Positions 9,800 through 17,559 of a DNA stretch of 25,403 nucleotides are shown in pieces; the first letter of the stretch is position 1; each line of letters begins with the position of its first letter. The position numbers and the translations under genes are program-made. This DNA comes from a virus. The stretch lies in the IMG/VR virus record IMGVR_UViG_3300037461_000726, positions 66,973-92,375 of that record; one strand, written 5' to 3'. The notes beneath the pieces were generated by a model. That model saw nothing but the letters and a program-made list of their open reading frames with translations. It was not told the origin of the DNA and made no database searches.

Positions 9800-10114
9800 A
9801 TGGAAGATGATTTGAAAGATTTAGCAGAGACGATTGCGAGCAGAATAAATAGTTCTCCTAGGGAAAGTTCTTTAACAGTGAAGTGGGCCGTTGTCTTTAT
9901 GATTTTAGTTGGCCTATTTGCTTTTCTGTTTGGTGGTTTTGTTACCAACAGGTATGACATTGGTAGAATACAAGAAATTGATAAAGCTCAAAGTGAAAGA
10001 ATGGATAGGATGGAAATATCAATCTCAAGATTTGAAGCCACTCAAGCAGAAATGAGGACGTTGGTTGGCGAAATTCGATTTGACCAACAGAGAAGACAAT
10101 TAAAGGAGAGATAA
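9800..10114 (+). CDS. Single-pass membrane protein with C-terminal coiled coil (possible holin-associated/antiholin)
   Basis: Hydrophobic stretch WAVVFMILVGLFAFLFGGFV followed by a charged helical tail. AAGGAG RBS. Function inferred from location only. Confidence 0.55.
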   Translation: MEDDLKDLAETIASRINSSPRESSLTVKWAVVFMILVGLFAFLFGGFVTNRYDIGRIQEIDKAQSERMDRMEISISRFEATQAEMRTLVGEIRFDQQRRQLKER

Positions 10115-10116
10115 AC

Positions 10117-10611
10117 ATGTTATTCTGCAAAAAATTAGTTGATAAAATTAAAGGAGTAAAGGAAAAGCAATTAGATGAAAAAATACAATGTCTCCTGTTA
10201 AAAATCGCCAAAGCTAATAAGGAAATGACCAGATACAAAACATTCTGGTTAAATTCAAGAGAGGCTTTTTTGCTTTTGAGAATTGAAATGGATGATGATG
10301 TATTAATTGGTAACATATTAGATGCGAATCCATCCGCTTGCTCCTTATATGGGTACACCATGGAAGAAATAACAAAGCTGACAATTATGGATTTGACGGC
10401 TGAACCTGAGGGAACAAGACAAACTTATTCATCCAAGACGGAGTTTGTTCCTTTCCGGTACCATAAAAATAAAGATGGAACAAAGTTTTTAATTAATGCC
10501 AGTCTGACTTATTTTCAAGATAACGGTAATGGGGAAGTGGCAGCATTAATTATTCGTCCGGTGGCTGAACATAGAAGCAAAAATGGAACACCAAAAGATA
10601 GGCAAGCATAA
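10117..10611 (+). CDS. Stand-alone PAS (sensory box) domain protein
   Basis: RYKTFWLNSREAFLLL..GNILDANPSACSLYGYTMEEITKLTIMDL..YHKNKDGTKFLINASLT..ALIIRP is a classic PAS/PAC signature. N-terminal helical segment, no output domain. AAGGAG RBS. Confidence 0.85.
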   Translation: MLFCKKLVDKIKGVKEKQLDEKIQCLLLKIAKANKEMTRYKTFWLNSREAFLLLRIEMDDDVLIGNILDANPSACSLYGYTMEEITKLTIMDLTAEPEGTRQTYSSKTEFVPFRYHKNKDGTKFLINASLTYFQDNGNGEVAALIIRPVAEHRSKNGTPKDRQA

Positions 10612-10623
10612 AAGGAGGGAGTT

Positions 10624-11067
10624 ATGTGGATTGCATTTATAATCATTTTAGTAATAGGTGTGGCGGTTGGTTTTTATCTCATAGGGAAAAAGGCCGATGA
10701 ACTTCCTAAGAAGGACAAGCCTGTTGTGGACCCGGTTGTACCCCCGGTTGTACCCCCGGTTGTACCCCCGGTTGTACCTTGTGTTGATTGCGAAAAGAAA
10801 ATATCGGTTACTCTTAGGCCGGACAACTCGTCTTTCCCCGATATTCAACAGGATAAGATTTGTGGGGCAACGCAAACAATTTATGCGGAAGTGGTGTCTG
10901 TTGGCATTTCATGTAATTGTTTTGTATATAAATGGACAAGGAATGGAGTAATTGCCCCGGTACAAAGTTCGTATCTTCCGAAACAGTATTTTAGAACGGG
11001 GGAGACGATAAGTGTTATTGTTTCAGCAGAGGGAGTGGAGGCAACAGCAACAGCAAAAGTTCTCTGA
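10624..11067 (+). CDS. Membrane-anchored protein: N-terminal TM helix, (PPVV)n linker, Cys-containing Ig-like domain
   Basis: MWIAFIIILVIGVAVGFYLIG TM helix, PVVDPVVPPVVPPVVPPVVP linker, CVDC, then YKWTRNG..G.TISVIV. AGGAGG RBS. Confidence 0.7.
   Translation: MWIAFIIILVIGVAVGFYLIGKKADELPKKDKPVVDPVVPPVVPPVVPPVVPCVDCEKKISVTLRPDNSSFPDIQQDKICGATQTIYAEVVSVGISCNCFVYKWTRNGVIAPVQSSYLPKQYFRTGETISVIVSAEGVEATATAKVL
10731..10778 (+). repeat. 12-bp tandem repeat CCCCCGGTTGTA (3 perfect copies plus a partial copy) encoding PPVV
   Basis: Perfect copies at 10741-10752, 10753-10764 and 10765-10776. Partial copy at 10731-10740. Confidence 0.95.
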
Positions 11068-11123
11068 CCTGATACATGTAAGAAAATTGCCAGTTAGGCA
11101 ATTAAAAATAAAAGGAGAGGGTT

Positions 11124-11501
11124 ATGATAGCATTTATTCAAAAATATTTAATTTATGGGCTGTTAGCTGTGATTGTAATGTTATCTGTCTTCGGAACGAT
11201 TCAATATATCAGGGTCCTTTCTCAGAAGACAACTATTGTAAAGCATGAAGCCACTATAGACGACCTTCACAAAACTCAGGCTGCGTTGATGGGTCAGGTG
11301 GCTGATTATGAGATACAGGTAAAGAAATTAAAACAAATACAAAAGAAGGTGCAGACAATTAGTAATAGTACCGCGACATACCAAGCACAAATAAAGTTGT
11401 TAAAAACAAAATGTAAATTGGAGGTAGGTGATGATAAGATACTCAATGCTCCTATTATTAATTTTAACAATGGTGGGCTGCAGTTATCTGTGCCCAAGTA
11501 G
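11124..11501 (+). CDS. Inner-membrane spanin (Rz-like)
   Basis: N-terminal TM helix followed by a coiled coil. Its 3' end overlaps a lipoprotein gene in another frame. AAGGAGAGG RBS. Confidence 0.7.
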   Translation: MIAFIQKYLIYGLLAVIVMLSVFGTIQYIRVLSQKTTIVKHEATIDDLHKTQAALMGQVADYEIQVKKLKQIQKKVQTISNSTATYQAQIKLLKTKCKLEVGDDKILNAPIINFNNGGLQLSVPK

Positions 11502-11682
11502 AGTAGCAGTTCAAAAGCCAACAATGAAGGCTTGTGTGAAGCCTATAAGACCAGTTCTGCCGTTGGTGGACCCTAAAGAAGAATTGTGTAAACAACAGCA
11601 AGCACAAATTCTTATGTTACTTGACTATTCTATGAAACTAGAAACATCATGGGATTGTTGGGAGGAGGGAGAAACAAAATGA
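11431..11682 (+). CDS. Outer-membrane spanin lipoprotein (Rz1-like)
   Basis: Signal peptide with lipobox LTMVGC, Pro-rich KPIRPVLPLVDP and extra Cys residues. GGAGG at 11420-11424 lies before ATG 11431. Overlaps the Rz-like gene. Confidence 0.7.
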   Translation: MIRYSMLLLLILTMVGCSYLCPSRVAVQKPTMKACVKPIRPVLPLVDPKEELCKQQQAQILMLLDYSMKLETSWDCWEEGETK

Positions 11683-11987
11683 GAAAACAAGGATTAGCTT
11701 ATTTAAAAGAAACTTTGGAAAGGAACAGAGTATCAGGTATCCTTTTACTTATGATTGTATGTTGTATTTTTGTAATCCCGCACGAAGCAAGGCTTGGCTT
11801 ATTGGGATTGTTTACAACTAAATTAATGGGCGTTACTTTAGGAATTTTGATTGCCCATTTTGTTCGATTGTTTTTGTTTCCTTATTTGGAGTTAGAAACT
11901 TTAATAAGGGAACACCATTGGCCGGGGGTTATTTTTCTTGCTGGTTGGTATTGCACAATTGTTTACTGTTTCGCGATGGGCGGGTAA
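11679..11987 (+). CDS. Putative holin (3 TM helices, resembles superfamily VI holins)
   Basis: KL.GVTLG..IAHFVR.FLFPY motif and three hydrophobic segments, directly before the SLT endolysin. GGAGGAGG RBS and ATGA overlap support start 11679. Confidence 0.65.
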   Translation: MRKQGLAYLKETLERNRVSGILLLMIVCCIFVIPHEARLGLLGLFTTKLMGVTLGILIAHFVRLFLFPYLELETLIREHHWPGVIFLAGWYCTIVYCFAMGG

Positions 11988-11990
11988 CAC

Positions 11991-12671
11991 ATGGAGCTAA
12001 GGCTGGGGGTTATTATTGCAGTTATAATGGGGTTGATATTCTTTTGTTTATCTAAAGCGTACCCATTAGACCGTTGCACATCTCTTACTCAAGATGTTCG
12101 CGTTGAACACACCAAATATTTTGGTATCCAATTTCCTTGGTGGTATGGAGTCGGCCAATTAAAAACAGAGTCTGCTTGTAGAACGAACATTACAGCTTTT
12201 GATGCAGGAATGGGCGTAGCTCAATTTATGCCTAAGACTTCTCAGTACATACAGTCTTTGATGGGCGAGTCCCTTGACCCATACAACCCGAAACAGGCGA
12301 TTAGAATGCAAGCCTTTTATATGAACCGGATTCACACAACGGAAAATTGGACTTCGTTACTCTGGATTGACTACCAAATTTATAACGGGGGAAAAAGCAC
12401 TCTTTACAAAGAATGTCAAAGAGCAGGGGAAACAGAATGGAACGCGATGAAGAAGCAGTGTAAAAGAAAAAAGATACAATTGAAGTCTGGCATTTTGGAT
12501 TTGTGTGAAGTTAATTACGATTACAGTAAGAAGGTTGAAAAGTACGGCAATTTGTATCGGCAAGGAGAAGATTATGTTGGTTATTGGGCTGCGTTGCCGG
12601 TAAAGCAAAATAAACCAGAAGCGTACACTTCTATGTTTTGGGAATACGTAAAACTTGTTTTAGGAATATAA
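11991..12671 (+). CDS. Endolysin, lytic transglycosylase (SLT family) with N-terminal signal/SAR segment
   Basis: Catalytic TES, GVAQFMP.T and YNGG motifs. Hydrophobic N-terminus LGVIIAVIMGLIFFCL. Confidence 0.85.
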   Translation: MELRLGVIIAVIMGLIFFCLSKAYPLDRCTSLTQDVRVEHTKYFGIQFPWWYGVGQLKTESACRTNITAFDAGMGVAQFMPKTSQYIQSLMGESLDPYNPKQAIRMQAFYMNRIHTTENWTSLLWIDYQIYNGGKSTLYKECQRAGETEWNAMKKQCKRKKIQLKSGILDLCEVNYDYSKKVEKYGNLYRQGEDYVGYWAALPVKQNKPEAYTSMFWEYVKLVLGI

Positions 12672-12672
12672 A

Positions 12673-13173
12673 ATGAGGCCCCTATTGGTAGTAGGACGGG
12701 CCATGAGATGGTCTGTTGAACTTGAAAAAATAAAAGAACTTATTGACGAGTTTGATGTGATGGCGGTGGGTGAAGCATGCCCTTATGAAGGAAAAGTAAA
12801 GTACATGGTTACCTATCACCCAACCGACATCCCTATGTACAAGAAAAAAAGAGAGATATTAGGAGGTAGTACAAATTATACAGTAATAGGACATTTACCT
12901 AAGCCTGGAGTTGACATGATAGAGCCCCACGTACCCCCCACAGGGTCCTCTGCCTTGTTAGGTGTCTCTGCTGGAATAAGATTAGGCTACACTAAAATTA
13001 TTCTTTGCGGGTGCCCAATGGAAGGGGCCAATAAGGGAGGGTTTCAGCCTTATGACCATTTCCAAAAAGGTTGGGTAGCAAGGAAAAAAGAAGTAGAGCC
13101 CTATGTAAGGTCTATGTCTGGATGGACAAAACAATTATTAGGAGAGCCAACTAAGGAATGGCTAAATCAATAA
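12673..13173 (+). CDS. Glycosylation-cluster protein, Maf/DUF115-like putative transferase
   Basis: LLVVG..DVMAV..GSSAL.GV..G..LGY.KIILCG.PM resembles the Maf/GT42-like motif set. Confidence 0.5.
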   Translation: MRPLLVVGRAMRWSVELEKIKELIDEFDVMAVGEACPYEGKVKYMVTYHPTDIPMYKKKREILGGSTNYTVIGHLPKPGVDMIEPHVPPTGSSALLGVSAGIRLGYTKIILCGCPMEGANKGGFQPYDHFQKGWVARKKEVEPYVRSMSGWTKQLLGEPTKEWLNQ

Positions 13174-13187
13174 AAAGGAGAAAGAAA

Positions 13188-13781
13188 ATGTTGGATATGG
13201 AACACCAAAACAAGTTTAAAACCGTTTGGGCCAAAGGGGATTATAGAAGAGGGTCAACTGCATTAAGAATGTTGGATTTCATCTTGAATACGATTCCATA
13301 TACAATGTCAATTAATGATTACGGTTGTGGAACAGGAAGACTTGAAGTAGCGATGATGCAAACGAGACCTGTACAAAAAATAACCATGATTGATATCACC
13401 GAAACAGCACTTGAAAATGAAGCGATGGAATTTATTTCCAATCCCATTACAAATTTAAGCTTTATAACCGCCGATTTACAAGACCTAAGTCAAGTGCCAC
13501 ACGCCGATTGGGGCATTTGTATCAATACATTGATGACGGTCCAAGCGGATAAATTGGATAAGATTCTTGCTGAAATAAAGAGAACTTGCAAAAACTTGAT
13601 AGTTGAAATGTACGATTTATCTGACAAGAGATTAGGTATGGACTTAACAACCGTTAAAAAGAACAAAATAGAGTGGACAGAAAAACTTGCTGAATATTGG
13701 ACTGACGTGGCTTTTCAACAAAGCAAAGAATCACCCCATCGATACATATTTATTTGTAAGGAAGCCGTCAGTAAGGAATAA
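13188..13781 (+). CDS. Class I SAM-dependent methyltransferase
   Basis: Motif I INDYGCGTGR, plus ITMIDI and FITADL. AGGAG RBS at 13176-13180 supports ATG 13188. Confidence 0.8.
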   Translation: MLDMEHQNKFKTVWAKGDYRRGSTALRMLDFILNTIPYTMSINDYGCGTGRLEVAMMQTRPVQKITMIDITETALENEAMEFISNPITNLSFITADLQDLSQVPHADWGICINTLMTVQADKLDKILAEIKRTCKNLIVEMYDLSDKRLGMDLTTVKKNKIEWTEKLAEYWTDVAFQQSKESPHRYIFICKEAVSKE

Positions 13782-13801
13782 ACAATTAAAGGGAAGAAAA
13801 G

Positions 13802-14407
13802 ATGAATAAGATTCATGTTGTAATGCCTTTTCATCGGAGGCACCTGATTGAGGACTTAGTAAAGGTTTTTGGAAAAGAAAGACTCAATCTATTAGTTACC
13901 CCGGAACAATTCATTGATTGGAACAAAGGTTGGCCCACGCCAATCGTTGTTTCAGTTCCTACAAACAAAAGACATGACCTTTGTTATCATAAGATAAATT
14001 ACTTTATCCGAACTAAAGGGATAATTGATAATGATTATTATTGGGGAATGTGTGACGATGACTCTGTGGAAGAAAACGTTATTCCCGCGATTCAAGAAAT
14101 GAACGATGACATAATATTCATCTCCATGAAAAGGGGTGACAATATAGTTACAGAAAACCTTTCCCCAACTTCATGGCACCCGACTAACACATTGATAGCT
14201 TGCCCTGAGTTGTCTCGTCCATATGACATTGGGCTGGAGCAAATGATTATTAAAGGTCATATTTTTAAAAGACTAATTTACAACGTAAATAGTAGTTATG
14301 CTGACGGTTTGATGGGAGCAGAGTTAAGTAGACATTATAAAGTTAGATATGAACCTGATTTATTTGTTTTATTCAATTGGTTTCAAGAAGGGAGATGGAA
14401 TAAATGA
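13802..14407 (+). CDS. GT-A fold (GT2-like) glycosyltransferase
   Basis: IHVVMPFHR start strand, YYWGMCDDD DxD motif and later ADG motif. Confidence 0.65.
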   Translation: MNKIHVVMPFHRRHLIEDLVKVFGKERLNLLVTPEQFIDWNKGWPTPIVVSVPTNKRHDLCYHKINYFIRTKGIIDNDYYWGMCDDDSVEENVIPAIQEMNDDIIFISMKRGDNIVTENLSPTSWHPTNTLIACPELSRPYDIGLEQMIIKGHIFKRLIYNVNSSYADGLMGAELSRHYKVRYEPDLFVLFNWFQEGRWNK

Positions 14408-15066
14408 AGACACTGCTTATCGACCAGCCGGGGAGATTTGGAGACATAATAATTTGTTTGCCGATAGCGAAATGGTATTCGCAATGGTATAGCGTAGATT
14501 GGCTGTGTCCTGAGAGATTTCATTCCATATTTGAAAATATAGAGTATTGTAGGCCGGTGATGGAAACTGACAAGAACTCTTATACTGAGATTGTTGATAT
14601 AAGTTTCGGGATTAACATGGGTACGGAAGTGGAAGATTGGTGGCAAAAAACGAGAAATCATTTGTTCAGTTTTGTTGAAGGAAAATATATAAAGGCCGGT
14701 GTTCCTCTGGAAGAACGATGGAAACTTGAATGGACAAGAAATAAAGATAAAGAGCTGGCTTTGTACGAATTTGTTACCAAAAAACATGGATATACATACA
14801 ACCTAGTTCATGAAAAATCGGAGGGGAGATTTGAAATAAATATCCCGGTTGAAAATAAGGTTGTTTTTGAACCTATCGAAGGGTATAGCATTTTTGATTG
14901 GTACACAGTAATAAACTATGCAAAAGAAATACATTGCATTGACAGTGTTCTTTGTAATTTAGTTGAGGTGGTCATGAATTGGGCCAAACCAAAATTTTAC
15001 TATAATAATAAACCTGACCCACAATGGAATAAGACAATTATCAGAAACAACTGGAGAGTAATATGA
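14404..15066 (+). CDS. GT-B fold (GT9-like) glycosyltransferase
   Basis: QPGRFGDIIICLPIAK resembles the GT9 N-terminal GD motif. AKEIHCIDS..NL resembles the GT9 DS motif. Confidence 0.55.
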   Translation: MKTLLIDQPGRFGDIIICLPIAKWYSQWYSVDWLCPERFHSIFENIEYCRPVMETDKNSYTEIVDISFGINMGTEVEDWWQKTRNHLFSFVEGKYIKAGVPLEERWKLEWTRNKDKELALYEFVTKKHGYTYNLVHEKSEGRFEINIPVENKVVFEPIEGYSIFDWYTVINYAKEIHCIDSVLCNLVEVVMNWAKPKFYYNNKPDPQWNKTIIRNNWRVI

Positions 15067-15740
15067 AATGTTGTTGTGGCAATGAAAATTTAATTGATAG
15101 CGTTCATTCGGATTACCGGTTATGTGTTGATTGCGGGTCACTCGTTTCTCGAATAGAGCGGTTGGACAGAAGATATGATTTTGTAGGCCTGATGGAAAAG
15201 CACGTACAGGAAAGGTCCGTACTTGATTTTGAAGATAGAATACCGTTTTGGTATCAACAATTGTGTCAAACGTCACTTAAACAATCGATATTGGAAATCG
15301 GTTGCTCTCATGGCGGGTTTTTAAAGTATTGTAGAGACAACGGGTTTAAACGTTGTGTCGGAGTCGAATTAAATGAAGGGACCTGTGATTTCGCTAGAAA
15401 CACTTTTAACATTGAAATGATATGCGGCGATTTTCCTGATGTGGAGATAAACGAAAAATTTGACATAGTTTGTGGGTTCGATTTACTAGAACATTTATCG
15501 GACCCATTAAAAGCTTTAAGGAAAATGGCCAGTTTAAGTAATAAATACGTCATGATACAAATTCCCGTTTACAGTGACGAAGAACTGAGTGCTTATCCTT
15601 ATTTTGATGCGGGAATACATCTTTTTCTTCTTTCTGAAAAAGCAATCGGCCAACTTTTTGGATTGGCCGGGATAAAAATAATTTTAAGTGTTCCCGGAGC
15701 ATTTAGAAAAAATTTAACAATGATTGGAGAAAAACTATGA
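15063..15740 (+). CDS. Class I SAM-dependent methyltransferase with N-terminal Cys cluster
   Basis: ILEIGCSHGGFL, GVELN and FDIV..FDLLEHLSDP motifs. N-terminal CCCG..CVDCG. Confidence 0.85.
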   Translation: MKCCCGNENLIDSVHSDYRLCVDCGSLVSRIERLDRRYDFVGLMEKHVQERSVLDFEDRIPFWYQQLCQTSLKQSILEIGCSHGGFLKYCRDNGFKRCVGVELNEGTCDFARNTFNIEMICGDFPDVEINEKFDIVCGFDLLEHLSDPLKALRKMASLSNKYVMIQIPVYSDEELSAYPYFDAGIHLFLLSEKAIGQLFGLAGIKIILSVPGAFRKNLTMIGEKL

Positions 15741-16414
15741 AAATTGCAACTGATACAAACGGGTGCGGGATGAGCGTTGGTGGAAAGGATTTTAAAGTTT
15801 CCATTCAAGAATTAATTAAGGAAAGAAAATTCAAAAAAATCGTTGAAACAGGCACTTTTCTTGGTAAAGGTACAACTAAGATGATACTGGATGCTCTGCA
15901 GGAACACAGCCCGGAATATTCGATGGTCAGTATTGAGGTTAATCCTGAATATTTTGAGCAAGCGGTTGTTAATTTGCAGGGAAACAAGATAAGTTTGGTA
16001 AATGGGCTATCGGTCCCTAAAAACCTGTTGCCCACCGAAGAAGACATAGAGGAATTGATTGAAAATTCCAGAAATGAAGACATCTTTGTGGACCATAAAG
16101 AAGAAGAAAGATTAGTGCTCTATTTAAATGAAACAAAATTCGATGTTGAAGACGATTGTTTGGGATGGGTGCTATCATCTTTTAATTTTCAGCCCGACTT
16201 GGTTGTTTTAGACAGCGCGGGGCATATGGGTTTTGTAGAATTTGAATATGTCCTGTCTTTACTGGAAGGACCCTGTGTGTTTGTTTTAGATGATGTTTAT
16301 CACATCAAACATAACAGAAGTTTAAAGATGATGCAACAAGACAAGAGATTTAACATCTTAAAATTGTCTCCAGAGAAATTTGGGTTTGTAATAGCGGAGT
16401 ATTTATGGAAATAA
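15737..16414 (+). CDS. Putative methyltransferase (O-methyltransferase-like fold)
   Basis: IVETGTFLGKGTT, SIEVN, DLVVLDS and FVLDD motifs. Confidence 0.65.
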   Translation: MKIATDTNGCGMSVGGKDFKVSIQELIKERKFKKIVETGTFLGKGTTKMILDALQEHSPEYSMVSIEVNPEYFEQAVVNLQGNKISLVNGLSVPKNLLPTEEDIEELIENSRNEDIFVDHKEEERLVLYLNETKFDVEDDCLGWVLSSFNFQPDLVVLDSAGHMGFVEFEYVLSLLEGPCVFVLDDVYHIKHNRSLKMMQQDKRFNILKLSPEKFGFVIAEYLWK

Positions 16415-17559
16415 TACCTTTTAAGGAAATAGAGGTTTTAGGTAATCCTCTCGATACGGAAAACAGAGACGTAAACTTTGTTTTTAAGCACAAAGGATTG
16501 TTGTTCCGTTTAATTATAAATTCTTGCGTTGAAGAAAACAGGTGGTTTGGTATAAAGGAATTCGTAAAAGGAAAAGAGTTTGGCGAATTGATGAGAAGAA
16601 AATACATACCAAGACACGAAATAACATCTCTTAAATTGGAAGGATACTTGGACGGTGATATATACAGAATTTTGGATGAGGTATTTTGTTTCTCTGATGA
16701 GCACAGAACCATAGGCCAAAAATTGGACTGTTTAAAATTGATTTGTAATATACAAATTCTTTTAGAGGAAATAGGCAGCGGCTATTGTTTAACGGACGTG
16801 CATCATCTTCAATTTGGGTTTAACTATTCCTTTCCCGTTTACATAGACATAGGGTCGTTTTGTGAAAACAGGAAAGTAGGGATGTTGGTGGAGCATTTTA
16901 ACAAGATGCTTTTTCCTTTTGGGCTTAAATTTGATGGGGATTGGGGCCGTCTGTTAACTGAAATAGAAAATTACCAAATCACTCTGGGCAAGGGAGAATG
17001 GGGGGAATACACAAATACCGCGCTATTTGAAGAATGCACTATGGCGCATGACTTTGTGAAAGAAAAAGCACACAACAAAACATTTATGGATGTCGGTTGT
17101 AATACAGGAGGGGCGGCCAAATTCTTCAATAACAGAGGATATAATGTCATTGCAATTGACTATGAAGAGTACGCATTAAACATGTTATATAAAGACAGCG
17201 CCGGGAGAAAAGTTTTTTGTTTAAAAGCGGACCTTACAGAAAATTACGATTTGAGAAAAAAGGAAATCTCTGCAGATGTGGTATTTTGCTCCTCAGTAAC
17301 ACATCACTTATGTAGAAAAGGGTTTTATTTTGACAAACAGGCTGCTTTATGGAACATTTTTTGTAAGAAATTTTTAATTGTCGAGTACATTGATGTTATC
17401 GATTTTCATGTGTCGCAATGGACAGAGATAGATGGCAGGTATTCCAGAAAGAAATTTTTAAATTCATTAAAAGCTGAGTGGGAGGTAATAAAAATGTTAC
17501 CTGAGAATGAAAGGGAAAGAAATTGGTATTTTCTGCAGAAAAGAGGAAGTAATGGATAA
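16405..17559 (+). CDS. NoeA-like protein: kinase-like N-terminal region plus class I methyltransferase
   Basis: N-terminal LTDVH..QF..PVYIDIGSF. C-terminal FMDVGCNTG, IAID, DVVFCSSVTHHL and LIVEY. Confidence 0.65.
   Translation: MEIIPFKEIEVLGNPLDTENRDVNFVFKHKGLLFRLIINSCVEENRWFGIKEFVKGKEFGELMRRKYIPRHEITSLKLEGYLDGDIYRILDEVFCFSDEHRTIGQKLDCLKLICNIQILLEEIGSGYCLTDVHHLQFGFNYSFPVYIDIGSFCENRKVGMLVEHFNKMLFPFGLKFDGDWGRLLTEIENYQITLGKGEWGEYTNTALFEECTMAHDFVKEKAHNKTFMDVGCNTGGAAKFFNNRGYNVIAIDYEEYALNMLYKDSAGRKVFCLKADLTENYDLRKKEISADVVFCSSVTHHLCRKGFYFDKQAALWNIFCKKFLIVEYIDVIDFHVSQWTEIDGRYSRKKFLNSLKAEWEVIKMLPENERERNWYFLQKRGSNG

Noticed and set aside
10731-10778. Possible CRISPR-like array
   Set aside because: The units are 12 bp, directly tandem with no spacers, and in frame within a gene. 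I saw no repeat-spacer array anywhere in the window.
10648-10951. Alternative ORFs with RGYN (- strand) and RLYP (+ strand) repeats
   Set aside because: They are other-frame readings of the 12-bp repeat inside the 10624-11067 gene, which has the RBS and a coherent architecture.
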